From Ylistrum balloti (taxonomy: Eukaryota): a stretch of 64,000 nucleotides of DNA. Both the position numbers and the translations under genes were made by a program. The DNA is taken from contig NW_026782212.1 in assembly GCF_031769215.1 (NCBI RefSeq), forward strand, positions 496,001-560,000. The letters are read 5' to 3'. Within the stretch, counting starts at the first letter, position 1. The number at the start of each line of letters is the position of its first letter. Positions 37,001 through 52,000 of the stretch are shown here, one piece after another. The notes below the pieces were generated by a model. It did no database searches and was not told the origin of the DNA. It saw only the letters and a program-made list of their open reading frames with translations.

Positions 37001-40000
37001 TCGGTATACCGATAATCATCATTACAAATTCAGAATGTTAAGTGGATTTTTATTCTTTTTGATATAATTTCAATATTCATTGGATGTTCAGTATTCTACC
37101 CTTCCTTCGTTTAAGAATAGTTATCCCCGACAAAACGTATACCAATAATGATAGCCATGTAATGATAGATGATTAGATCAACAGTCCGTAGACTTCAGTG
37201 ATACGAGATTAATGCGTCCGTGCGAAAAAGAAACCCTAAAGCACCTGTAATTCCAAAATAAATAGAAAGCCCAGAATTATATATATATATATACGTCTGC
37301 TACAGAGTGGCCTCTGGTAGAACCGGTTAGCAATGATAACAGGGTGACGTAACAAGAGTCAGTGACTGAGGTGATAGCAACTAGAGACAACAGAAAGGAA
37401 AACAAGCAACGCTTTACAGTCATGAAAACGCATTTATCAAAACATAAATATCAAGGATCAAACAAAGCTCAATAATATGTTTTTTTCTGATTCGTGTTTC
37501 CTGGCATGAACATTTAAAGAGAAACCAAATATACAGCTGCACACGACACAGGGTAGGGGACCAACATTGATTCACTACAGACGTGTTTTCAATTGCAACA
37601 TCGCGCTTGATGTTTAACACTGCTATATATCCTATCCCAGATGTAGTAGCGATACGTTCCTATGATGGAACACAGCCAGATCTCCCCTAAACATAAACAA
37701 CGTGTGTTATATGCAATTGGGAGATGGAATTATCATCTCTTAAAGACCGACTGTACAATAGTCATTTTCATCTGAATTGAAAAAAGAACACATCTTTTGA
37801 CTTCCGAACAATGATCCAATTTAGTAAATTTCGTTCCAGGTCTATGAAGTAAATGCACCGTATTGTCCTGTAAATGTAAATATTCATTAGATCAAAGCAT
37901 AGGTAAATGCGTATAGCCAGAAATAGACACAGGTGTGTGTAATTGTCATGTGTTGCGAGTTCAGGTCCATTTCCTTACATATCAACATTAATTATCACGT
38001 ATTTATGCGGTAAATAATTGTACATATCTGAAATATGTTTACATTTTTAAAGAAAAAAACACCAACAAATACCAACATGGCGACATTTTCCTAATTCAAG
38101 CTCTAATTCCATAAAACTAGGGAAATTATGAACAAACGAAGACTTTAAACGGAGACTCCTGAAAAAGTACATGGAGAATAAGACCAGGTGTTCTGGAAGG
38201 GTAAGCGTCTTCTGCTCCATCTACGACACACGCCAGGCAAACCTAGGTCAATCCAAGTAAGTATTGACACGTTTGCAAATGAGAACAATGTTGTTATAAT
38301 CATTCGATAATGTTTTCATGCGGCAGAGTAATGAAATAAATGTCAAATATTACAGTCTACCATTACACCAATTGTAATGGTTACTATAAGCTGTTTTATG
38401 CTTATTATTGCTAATGCTTTTCTGACTTTTGCGTTTTCCTAAGTTCTCATTTCGTAGCGTTAGTAAGTGCTATCTTTGTTATGATTAACTAAAACGCTAG
38501 GTCATGTTTTGTCATCATGTACCTTTTTCTGTTTCGCGTTACGATTTAACGATAAGACAGACTGATATTGTCTTCACTGGAACCGAAATAGAAAATGCTG
38601 ACATCTTCAACCTAAATTCAGTGTTTATTTTTGTTTTTTGTTTGCTTTTTTTTTAATCCTCTTTTTTTTTATCTTATTTTGTTTTTAGACTGGTGTTTAG
38701 TCTTGCTTCGAGAGAGTGGCAAAGTTTCAGGTGTATCCACTTATGCACAAGTCTATGAAAGGATATCGGGTCTCAGTGAACGATTTACATGTCCACTAAA
38801 AAGACATTCTAAACAGATAAACACTTAGTGGAATGACAGGGTGTGCTGTAAATTTACCATCTAACGATTTACTTCACCACAGAAATATGTAAAAACATAG
38901 AAGAGGGGGCTTCCGTTGCACAAATTACAAATCAATGACAAGATCATCGGACGCCTGGTTATATAAGACTCATGTTTATGTGTGGATGCAAGACAGGGAT
39001 ATTCTACCTGCGGATCACACAAAAAGCCTGAAACGCGGGGGTAAACCGGGTTATCTCACATTTTTATAATTCCGAGAGTTGAACATTCTAAGGTCCCGAA
39101 TAAACTTAGCATTTCCCCTCATTTCTAAACCTCTGACTAACTCGGAAAGTGAAATAGTAACAGCAAAAATCGATTATCCACACCCAGTTAGATGCCGGAG
39201 TTGAAAAATCAATGTCAACAATGAAATCAAATTCAATATAAAATTTATATTTCTTGTCGCGTTACAAGGCGATACTAAATTTCTGTTGACTGCTAACTTC
39301 TTGCGTATGGAGATAAGTACATTTTTATGCAATTACGACTTACTGACTACTATGTGTACGAAATTGTTTCAATTAATATTCAACGAAAGAAATCATAAAT
39401 TAAAAAAAGTTTAAAACTGAAGTGATTTTTGTACTCATGCAACTACTTACCACATTACGACGAGTACGAGCCTATGATACACGTATCTCTGCAAACGGTC
39501 ATATATATACAGAAAATATGAGTGTATTGACCTGGATAGACCAATGCTAAACGGTAAATTATGAAGGAAAACTTTTACTGTTTCAATCGGCTTAGCTGGC
39601 ATTATAGTATTGTTTTTTTCGTGATAATGTACTAGAAGAAGAACAACAAGAGATTATATGTAGCATACGTTTATCAATATACGACATTCCAACACAAACG
39701 TGATCAGTCTACGACGGTTCTGAAAGTTAATAAAATATGTATCTGAGTTGTTAATGTTTGAGTGTGCGAGAGAGCGAGAGTGTATGGAGGGAATATCCTT
39801 GTATCAGGGTGTAAAGCACTTGCATGCTTTCTAAAGACGTAGAAATTGTAAAAGCAAAATTGGACCTTATGATAAAACAATTAGAACTTAAAATCCTAAC
39901 ATATAACCCTAGGTCACTGATCATCAACGGAACACCAATTGAACGACCAATGAATACAATATCTTTGCATATCAAAACGGTAATAAGACGATTCACCAAC

Positions 40001-43000
40001 ACGTCTACATTACAAGACTTCAAACAAATGGTCTTTATGATGTATTGGAAGAAAAGAAATTATTATAAAAAAAGACAGCTAAACATATCAAATTGCTAGT
40101 GCTGATGATACTCTTGTATGATAACATCGACACGGTGCGAGGACACTACCGCCATGTTTTGCGTTTAGCAAGAGAATTCCACCGGCTTACTACGGGTCAT
40201 TGCTCAGGTGGAATTACGATACTGTCGCTGACAGATATTACCCACGTGTCCTACTATTATCAGCATCAATCAGTGGCATCTTTCTCTCGAATTCTTGATA
40301 AGCCTCCAGAATCCCTTTCATATATCCAGACGTTATCACGAATAGCCGTTCGCTGACCCTAAGCGTTCTCACGGCAATATTTTGGATGAATCATTGTTGT
40401 AATAGGGTTGGGATTGCTCATGAGATGTTCATCTTATCAACAGATAACAATGTGCCACATCTCATTGCATCATGTTGATTATTAACCAATCACAAATACA
40501 AAGTGATGGAGCTGGAGTTTCTATAAAATACTGGTATTTTTTCTATCAAGGAAAATAATTTCTCCTCAACTGTGTGTGAAAACCTGACCGAGACATTACA
40601 CATCGATGCATTGATATACATAAATATACCGGTGGTACGGATAGTTTTTGCGACCTTAATATCTTTCCAAAACTAATTCCGACTCATGTGTCTCCAGTGA
40701 CACATCTAGAACCTGACATCCATGCACCGAGAAAGGTTGTCTACCAATCTTCACCAGCAGCTATGTCACTGATATTGTTGTTGTCTGGCAGTGAACATAT
40801 ACTAGCAGAGAATATGCCCTATTGAACACAAAAAAATATGATACAGGAAGCAATGGAAACATATCACTAACACGTTAGTAAGCACTCCACCTTGTGCTTT
40901 ACGGTATCAGTCCCGTGAATTACCAAGCAGAAGCCATGCTGAGGGGAAGTCCATTTGTCTGTCTGGAAAAAGAAAAATGGGAATAACTTTCCCCAATCCG
41001 TGCGGGATTAGGGATGCTGATGTAATTATAATGATTGCTGTCTTAAGGCCCTCTAGTGACACAATTCGTAATAGTGTACTGCAAAAACAAGACCTTAACA
41101 GAAAGACGAACAGAGAGACGGTTTAATGTCCCGTTACCAGCCAGGGTCATTTAGAGGCAAAATTTTCTTGAAGTATTTGGTGGCTACCGCCAAAAAAGAG
41201 GAATATGAAGTAGAAGGTCTGCCTTATGCTTTTGGGTAATGCATTTTTAATGGTGAACTAACCCTATATTGATTTTAAGCAGTACGTCGATGTCGAAATG
41301 AATTAACATTTAAACTAATTATAGCAACTCCGACCACTGTTGACATTAAATGTAGAGCACAATCATCTTTAAAGGGCACTAACCATGCACTTTTTACATA
41401 TAACTGTTGAACAAATGCATTTTTGCAGTACATGTATATGGCGGTCGGAAAGAGACGATGGGAAGAATTGCGTAGAAAGTCAGCATTTCAGGGTTTAAAA
41501 TGAGACAACTCTGTTATAAAATAATTGGTGTAATCTGTGAAAGAGTATACACTGAAAATCATGCTATATTTAGAAACATTTTGAAAGCAATTTTCACATT
41601 CAGGATTCCAGCAGAACGCACGTTATCTATAAAGCATCTGTAATCAATTTCCGTTGAGATCAGCAACCTGATGAATTTGCCAGTCAATATTTTGTGACTA
41701 GGATATGCTTTCATAGACCTTAACATCCTCATGGTGATACTGGTGAGGAATAACGAAGTTTTCTTCTTCATAAACCTGATGAGTTCAAACTCAGCTCTAA
41801 GTTAAGAATCACTCGTGTTAATTCCCCATGACAAATGGTTAGGTTCATGTTCCTGGTAAACTGAGCTATAGCCTGTCAAAGTATGTGTGGTATATAATAC
41901 AGTTACTGTGACCGCGTGGCGACAACAAATTTACCACTCTGCACGAATCGTTTTTCATCCTGCTGATTTCTCCTCTGGGTGAAAACTCTATTATTTCACT
42001 TTCACTTCCATTACCATTCTTCGGAATGTTTGTCGCAAGAGACCAAATTGTGTAAAATTGAGTCATTACATTTTTCTTCTGGGGTACTTTCTTTCTGATT
42101 GACAGGACATGTGCAAATCAGCGGAATTATTTTGGTAAGTATCGCATGATGATAGCAACAAAGCCACTTACTAGTAATATATTATCATCAATGTTTATGG
42201 TCAAGAACAGCTAATGTGCACGTTTGGTAGATCCACAAGAAAAAGAGTGCAGCCAGAAGATGAATTAGGAGTTCGTTGTGCTATGATATTCTCCGATATT
42301 CTCCCAGAATTCATCTCATCCTCATAGCTTGTTCTCCTTATCTCATTTCATATTTACTAGATAAAGCTCAAAAAACTATAATAACCTTAACTTTTATACA
42401 ATAAAGAAGACCAAAGACAACAAAGAAAATAATAATAGAATCATTCAAACTCGTATTGGATGTCTAAGACAAATTCAGGATGAAAGAGAGATTTACACGC
42501 AGATTTCTGAATACAAAGAGAATTACACCATGTGGGCGTATATGATATACATATGACTTAACGGTAAACCATTATATAACTAGGTAGTAATTTTGAACTC
42601 AGTTTATGATAATTCAAATTAATATAAGTACATTTTTCTATACGTAATAAGTAGTCCAGGATTGTTCGTTCACTGTCCACTAACTTATGAGTTCTTGTAG
42701 GTTGCTGGTTCGTACTGAACTTAATAAAACATAATAGTATACACTTTAAATCATTGAGAAGAGCGTGATTAATTACCTGTGTTCATTGAAGTGATCTACA
42801 AAGTGATTTGAACATTTGATCAGTGGCTCGAGGAATTCCTGGTTTAAATGGTAACACCTTTTATAAGTCACAATGACTAATAAATGTGATTACTGATTTC
42901 TTTTTATCAAAATCAACACTGCATCTGCGTTAAGAACCTTGTGATCAAATTATTGAACATCAAAAACATGATAAGGACTGGTATATGACGTAGGCTTCAT

Positions 43001-46000
43001 TGACCATTTTGCAATTCAAAAAGCTATTTACCAAATGCTTTTCTAATAATAATATTTTTCAAACTCCAAGACCAGAAATGCACAAAAGGGGGTTTGGTAC
43101 AGGTTCCTAAACATTTAAATGTGAGTAAAGGACACAGTGTATGCTGTCAAAATTTTACACTCGCGAAAGAGATTCCCGAACATGCTGGCATGAAAGTGGA
43201 TATGAACGATTTACGAATTTCTACACTGACTAATGTGGACAAGGATTCATCACCTTTATAACGAAGTTTGCCAGAATTCACACAATTTCTGTAGTGACAA
43301 AGGAAAATGTTTAAATAATATCAGAAGGGGCTAACTAGTAGTACAGGTAGACAACGGAGGATAAATGTCGACAAGCTGAGCACCAATGTAATGGCGTAGA
43401 GATCATTCTCAGTAGGACAGATAAATCAGAACCTAAACGAATTACACCCCCTTTCACATGGATAAATCTAAATGACATTTACAGATCCCAACGATAGAAA
43501 GTGAGCCCCTGGTAGTTACGTACTCGCTAAGCACAAACTATCTATCAATAACTTTGTGATATTCCTGAGGGCGCTCCTTACTTTTCATTTAAATACGCAA
43601 CAGCTTCCCAAGCAGAAGTTAGATTTATGTAAGTTTACAATAATTTTTATTGACAAATGATTAATGATTACAAGTATAGATTCAAAAGACGACATGGAAC
43701 ATCCTGTTGAATTTCTAAACGAAATAAACTTGGATAAAACGTAAGTTCCGTATCTCGTTTTCTCTTCGCATCCGCATGTCTTGTTCCTTGTTCCGACTTT
43801 TGGACTTTCCGATGATTTTAATCATATAATTTTAGTACCGTTTGTCATTTTCAGTCAAATCACATTCGTAAGATAACGTACTTCAATCCAATCCAGCATT
43901 GATATCAGGAAATATTAACGTGTGTGGTTTTTAATGCCTCGTAAAAGCTAATTTTACATCAGCATTATCTTGTATAAAATATCGATTATATTTGATATTT
44001 AACAGGCTTAACGTCAAGCAAAAACATATGTACCATTCACAAATACATAGTAATGGAAAACCAATGATTTGTTACCACTATTTTCATATATGTAGCTTCT
44101 CTTATAAAACGATAACAAAATACCAACAAGGGAACACAAACATAATCCAAACTAAAATTCAATAAAACTAGGGGAACAAATTAACAAACGTGTAATATCA
44201 TTGTAGATTCCTGGCTCGATGTTCATACACTCAGCCTGTCCGGTGCATTCGAAATTATAGTTTGTATATTTCCTAGATTCAGAATATGGGACTGTTAATT
44301 ACAATTGTGATATATTTCAAGAACAATAGCATCCATTTCAATTCACACTATCTTGTAAAGTCGATCTCATAACTATCAAATACCCAAATAAAACCAGTGA
44401 CATTGTGTGAAGTCGGGAAGCATCTGGGGTTCAATGCGACCAATAAAAGGGATCAAAGTGATTTCACGATTCATTGTTTAAACCATACTGATGTACTATA
44501 GTACAACGTGCCTCGTGAATCAGTGACGATAGCTGTCGATTAATTTATTTAAGAATATGCGGGCACTTAAAATACCTTTAGAGTAGGGTTTTTTTTTTAT
44601 AATGAAGCATGTGACAAACATTAAGAAATAGCTAGCTCATTATTCGCCGAAATATCTGGAACAGATCCTGTAGTACTTGGCACCATCATCTAATTCTGAA
44701 AACACAGGTGGGTGTCATTACCAAAGTCTGTAAAGGTGTAATGACCTTCCTTGTTGTGTGTTATGGGATTGGTGGTATTGTAATTATACAAGAATGTGTG
44801 GTCCTGCTATCCATTATGTGCCTGCACTTCACCGGTGTTTTGTAACGTTATAGTTTGATAAACATGCCATCGGGCCATCAATACATTATTTATGTAACCA
44901 TATCAAAGGGTTTCGGCATATTATGTATTATGACACATGGTCAACTATTGTACAATATATTTATCATTTTGTATGATACTGTGAGGTTTAATTGTGATTG
45001 TGGTACTACTATACTGTACCAAATTGATATCGCATCGGCATTTGAGTATAATAAATATGTCTACTATGTTGCTTTATTAAATTTTTGGTACATGAAACAG
45101 AAAAGTTTTGTTGAAAAATGACATTTTTGTTAAAGGTTAAGAAGTTTCTTTACAGTTTTGCTTTTTCATTTTTTTCTATCAATTAATTTATTTTCTTAAT
45201 CATCTTTTCATATATTGATTTTTTTATTCGTTTATGACAAATAATTTGTTTTATTTAATGCTGTCATCGTGTACTTTTTAAAGAGTACACCTTTGTTGTT
45301 TTTTTTTGCCATGAATTTCTTTTATATGTTAATACATTACCTTTTTTGTTGGCCTCGAAGCTATCGTGAGGTTTCACATCTTGCATCTCATACACGAGCA
45401 AGGTATGAGATAGAATGTCATTCATCAAGTTAATCTCGTCAATGGCATGCATCAACGCTAGCTTGGGTCCGGTGTGCTCATTTTCGAACAAACCACCTAA
45501 AAAACAAAGATATCATATCATTATTGAACTAGGAACAAACATATTATATTAAAATGTATCCTTCATAATTTATCAGATCTTCTACCTAAATGGGTATTGA
45601 TTAGCTATTTGCCTATCTGATGATCTGGCTTTTAACTGTAACTCGAGAAAGACGCACTTTAAACAATAGATTTATGCACTGTTGTGTAATGATTGTTGTA
45701 TATCCGCCAATTAGCGATCAGTTGTACACCATTATCTAAGTTAACGCAATGTCCAATATATTGTATTTGTGTCATCACGATTTTTATGTTAATATGAAAT
45801 GTCAACGAAGACTGCTTTATAATCAAACAAAACACATCACTAATAGACATTGGCATGCTGATAAGTTCAAATATGTGTGACAATTGGCACCATGGGTTTC
45901 TAGACTCAAATAAGCATTCAATCCTCCAAACATAGTCTAAAAGAGAGAGTACAAGCCTTTAACAGAGGTGGGGAGATGGAGAGGCACAGACTACATGTGT

Positions 46001-49000
46001 AATCCCGTCTTTTCTGAGAAGACAAGGATTGTTGCTACATCTTGAACTAGTAAACTAAGAAAGCTAATCTGGTGTATATGCCTGATGTTCACACTTGCGC
46101 ATCATACGAGTGATCGGCCAGCTCGACCATACATTTGTATACCACAGTCGCCAAAATACGTCACAACACAAGACGGTTAATTACCATACATAACGTAATT
46201 CCTACAGGACGTGTTATATGCAGTAGGTAGTTAATAGCTACACAACCGGGGAGTTTTACTTGTCAGCCAACAAGTGTTGTAAATAAGCATGTTATTTGAT
46301 GTCTAGTTATATCGTCATCCTACGCTCGTAATTTCGTTATTACACTTTACATCATTTGCTAACATAAACACCTGATCGCCGACTTCTAAAGACAGTTATT
46401 TCACAAACTTATTATGATAAAATTGCGCTTCAGAATTACAAACCCAATATTTTCTACATTAAATATTAACCGCACAAAACACGAGTTGTGATAAGTTCTT
46501 TGGATTTTACTGTTGGAAATGCAAAGCATATCTGACACTTAAAACAAAAGAATGATGACATGTATTGTACTTAATTGTCATTTAGAATATTTTCGTTTTC
46601 GTTACTAATTGTCTATTTGCAAACAGAAGGTACATCATGTTGTAGACTTGGTGTTGACGAGGTCAGTGTAGGAATCTTATGTTACCGATTCTCACGTTTT
46701 ACATCGGCATCTCTCAATTTTTATGTGATAAGGCCTGGTAGAGGATGTGGGCTGATACTTATCCCTGGGAATATTGACACTGATCACACTCGTACTTATT
46801 AAATCACATAAGGTTTAAGAATATCAAAGTGCAAAAGGGTTGTCTATAATGCCTAGACTCCGGGATTCCCTCTGTGTAGGTGTTGATGATGTGTATCTCT
46901 GGAAAGTCAAGATGTATGCCACTAGAACGTGACTGCCTAGATACAACACTGTTGTTATAGACTCCAACATTCCCTTAGACACATCTCCATCCTGGCATGT
47001 GGTCGTTTTGAGGAATAACAACCAACAAAACATGCGCGAGACTGACATCAGACAAACAACTGTTTGGAACGTGCATCATGCACTTAATTAGTTACATCAC
47101 GTGTTTATATTAAAGTCCGTGCTCTTTGCATACCCCTACAACAATATTGACATATCAGAGATGATCCAAGGAATAATTATCCCAAATGTCCTGCTGTTTT
47201 TTCACTTGTACTATATAACGAAGAAAACAGGGCTTTCAAGTAAGTGAAGTACCTTCTTGAAGCAACAGCATGAAGACACGGCAGCATACCAAGGCAAGTT
47301 GCTGGGATAACAAGTTATGGCTACCAGTAGGTGTATCAAGGCACATTTAATAATACTTATACATAGATGTACTCAATATCTTCTCTGACGCAATTTTCTC
47401 GTCCTAAATGAATAGCTACATATAGATACGTTTATAAAACATAAAACAAAGAAATAACACATCGCCAAGATCACAAACATATGCACAATACTTTGTCAGG
47501 CACTGAGGACGAGAGATGGGCATAGATTTCTCGTTAGTCGTGTGACGCAGTTAAGCAAATATAACAACAAAAAAACGTGACAGGTAGCTAATCAAACGCT
47601 CGAACAAAGAGAAGATGTCGGGTGTCGTGGTCAGCATATCATGTATGTCATAAACAGTTCAACTAACATCATTTTTGATGAATAAAGTTAAACGTAAATA
47701 TATCGAGTAAAACTTTGAATAAACAGACAGTTTAATACTTCTTTATTGTGTGAAATGGCGCATTAAGCGTTTTATGTAAAAACAACACACACATTTTGTG
47801 TTTTGTGATCTGTACAAAAAACGTGTATATTATATGTTTTGTATTATGTAACAACTGCCATGCGTTTAAGATAACTATAACGTTTTTTTGTGTTGTGCAA
47901 AATATATTACATTGTGTAAAAGACTGTGTATGTGTACAGTTTACCGAATAATCCCCCAAGTAAGATTTCTCGTGGATGTTCGAGAAAAAAATAACGAATC
48001 AGATAAAAAAAAAAGTAGTAACAATTAACTTTGTGTGTCCGCTCATCATTGTAACTAGTAAAACCATAACACAGTTCTGATGATTCAACTAAACTTGGTT
48101 GATCTACATTCGTATTTAAAGACAAATTGTAACATTAACTTCGTGAAAACCGACTTTACATTCACAAATATCCTAATTCTTCGAAGACCCTAAAGAACAC
48201 ACTGTTTAAATGAGGTACGTAAGGACAAACGACCCGGCGATAACCAAGTGTTTAAGCCGTATGCGTTACAAATTGCTCACTAGTTTCTCTGATCCCTAAA
48301 AATCGAAACAACTTAGCGCTCACTTAGGACCATCGCTGAAGTCTGTCTATCGAGTTTCTTCATCGGAAATTACTTTTACAAGATATATTGTCAGTCTGAT
48401 TACATGGCTAATAGTTTATACAGACGATAATTGATCCATTCCCAAGACAAGTTTGATAATACCCCTACTAACTGTCTCGTCATTCCAGATCACCCAGGCT
48501 ACTAACAGACACTCGTACCTTAATAACGGTGATACATTTTAGCCGTCTCATTGTGATGTCTCACAGTGTATCCCCATTTAACCACAGGCCTGGCATTCTA
48601 GGAATGATGCCTAATGAGTGATGGATTCATTTCACGCATTAAGATTTTAAGTAATGAAAGTATAATACATAACGGCCTGATGTTGATTCGTATACTTTAA
48701 CATTTTAGAATATTTCAAAACAATATTTCGAATACGCTTTCATCATCATATCTGGTGACATCTGAATTTTCACATGTAATGTCGGTATACGCTTATCCAT
48801 TAATTAATTTTCTCAGAAACATGTACATAATTCGCTCACCAAAGCTTCTCCTATAAAAATGTTGACATTTAAAGCCTACACTAGGTGGTCTACCAAGTTC
48901 TCGTTAATCTTCTGTACATCTATAGTCACGTTCAGCTTACCATGTTTACGCTCAGTGCAGATCTTGTCCTGATGTAACAAGATCTTCAGTGATACTAACA

Positions 49001-52000
49001 ATATCATACGTTTGTCTCATTCCCAGTTAAATGTTAATGACTTCACTGCCTACGGATTTCCGTTTTCTTCGCAATACTATATATATTCTCAATTGACTGA
49101 AAGTGTTGCTCGGAGAGTTTCTTTGATACAAGATATAAGACAAAACAAATATATAGTTCACACACACACAAACACACGAATACATCCATACGTTTCTACT
49201 TCATCATCATCACCATCATAATCCTCATCTACATGTATGTCAGTTTTAAAAAAAGACATCACGTATAAATATGTATATCTTTCCTCGTCACATCTGCCTC
49301 GTCAAATCTGATCTATGTTGTAAATGAAATTGAATTGAATTAAGAAAATGAATTGCTATACTGGTTTCCAAGAGCAGAGGAGGCTCTGTACAACATCGTG
49401 CTTGTAGAAGAAATGTCTGTGTGTGTAAACGAATTAATATTTGAGAACACTAATGATAAGATATGACGAATTCTTTACTGTAGGTAAGTGACAGTTAAGA
49501 CAACATCCATCAGACGGATTTCACATCAGTTATCCACGGATGTAGGGTCATACCATAACTATGACATCGGCCAAACGATGGATTTTACATATCAGTCTCC
49601 TAGATTCTCATTTTGTACACGAATATTGACAATTACAGACCCTATGAAGGCCTAGACAGAAGAAAGACAACATCGATTACGTCATCAGACTTGCATTTTA
49701 TTATCTACATCCCTTCAAACAATATTCATCAAACGTTTTGTATGCAAATTGTGAAATCAATATGTGTAGTCTTTGCCCCTGCCATGCCCAGCTGTCAGTG
49801 CAAATTATTGGCACGTCCTGTGCGAATAATTGACTTTGAAAAGAAAACAACCTACAACATTATCAGTAAAATTTACATTATAAAACTCAAAATCATAGTC
49901 CTTCAACCAAAGAATGACAATGTTGTTGAGATGATAAAGATTATGTATCGTGTCGACAGCTTGGCAGTAGATCGAAATTCAATTGGATGCTCCAGTGACT
50001 AAATATTAGCATCCTTCTCGTTACTCACGACTGTATCGGGCGGGTATTGCTGCAATATGGTGTGACTGTGTAACATCAATTTCTGCACCATGTGTATGCT
50101 ATTATAGAATGATGCACTCATTTCCTTTTTTTTCAAATGTTTGATTAAGCTACTTTTCAACATTGCGTGACAAACGCATGGTCGTGCTGTAGTTTCTGTT
50201 TACATCAATATTGTCGATATCACGGCTAAACTATGACAGCGACATATTTAATAATATTTAACAAATTCCCTGATAACATTCCTTGGATTTTAAATCTGCT
50301 GAAATACAATCTGGTAAATTGATGTTATTTCAAAATAAAATTACGATCGTCAATCTTTTCATCTTGACAAAACTGCGTTGTTGGGTATTCAAAGGAAACA
50401 GCGTGATGCCGTGATTGAGACAGGCTGCCAATGTGTCGACACATGTGGTCAAACCATGCACCAGAAGATGTAATAAGACGGAGAAGACTTACATGTAAGT
50501 CAGAAAAGTGTAAAACATTTTGGTTCGATGCACAAAGATGTCTTCACACTTAAACATTTTTTTTTTCATATCAAAATGAGAAATGCTAGAAGTACAACGT
50601 ATTTACACTAATTCGATCTAATCTTACCAGCAAAAAACTAAAGATGGTCTTCCTTTGCACATTAAGACAGCTAACCTAATTTGGTTTGCCTATGATCAGA
50701 AAATAGGAACGTTTGTATTTACTTTTAATCCTGGCATACTGTATCAAAAAAGGCGAGGGGTTCCAATACATTAAGTGAACTTTGATACACTGATATGATG
50801 TCAAAAAGTCGGGAAAATTTCTATCGTACATTGAGAAATCTGCATCCCTAGTTGAAACGAAAATTTCTCCATCGTTTTATCACTCGAGCAATGCAACTTT
50901 CGCTGACTTATATAGAAAAAAGAACCAATTTCGTTTGACAATTACTTACAAAGATGTGCTCATATAATGTACTTCAGTTCAAAAACGTATATAGGATGTC
51001 TACTGACCGTGTAATATGTGCTGTTTTGGGTTTTATAAGTCGGTGATGTATTGGGTTGAACGAAGCATATGATCGGTCCTTTCCCGACAACATGATATAT
51101 CCAACGACAGATATTCTGTTAGTTATAGGATTAACCCACAATATCCAACACACTCAAAACTACTGTTTTTTGTTCATACAGTATGGAACACAGAAGAAAA
51201 AGGGTAGTCACATTCTGATTTTAAATCAATGTTAAGCGGCTAACACCGGTTAAAATACCAAACTGGTTTTAATTCCACATTACGTGTAATGTGTAAAATG
51301 AGACATAGGTTATCTCCCCTGATATAACTCTGTACACTTTAACTAGCGTCACATTTAAAGAAAGAGAATTTATTTTACTTCAAAGTCAATACTATGGTAT
51401 ACTGTTTGTATATAGCCATAGAATGCTGTAAGTAGGCAGAGGAGTTTAGCATGATACGTCAAAAAGTTTCAATTAATCAAAAAGACTTACAGCCCAAAAG
51501 CTTGAACGATAAAATCGTTTTTTCGATACTAGTGTCTCCCGTCAGCTTAAGGAAATGTTTGTCAAACGTAAAACGTCACGAACAAAAATGCCACAATGTA
51601 AAGGATTTTTTCTACAAATTCTATGTATGCCAAACGTGGAATCTTCAACATCGCCTCCTTAAGTGCAGGCCCGTCTTTTTTTTATAAATGTGGTTTGTGT
51701 GATGTCATGACAGCGAATGATGGTACTTCCATTAAAAATGGCGTCGAGATGTTTTTTTTTTTATTTATTCATTTTGCAAAGTCGTACTGAGAATAGTTTA
51801 CATCAAAATACTTGTTTTAATCTCGTTACTCGCTACACATTGTGTCATCATTTAACTTCAGTAAGACGAACTATTCTTTCAAGAAATCTTCCGATCTTGC
51901 TAGATTCCTCTTGATTTTTTTCTATATGTGATTTATAGACACTGATAATATCAATACAATATCTCGGTAAATTCCCTGTAAAAGCTTTTGTATCAATGAG

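Noticed and set aside
38960-39060. Possible non-autonomous DNA element resembling oyster repeats
   Set aside because: The resemblance is from memory only; no termini, TSD or convincing second copy could be shown in this window.
48941-49007. Alternative first coding exon for gene B ([23 protein letters not shown]|GTAAGC, phase 1)
   Set aside because: Poor signal peptide and no IRIG motif. The exon at 57344-57428 fits far better. It cannot be excluded as a minor start without RNA data.
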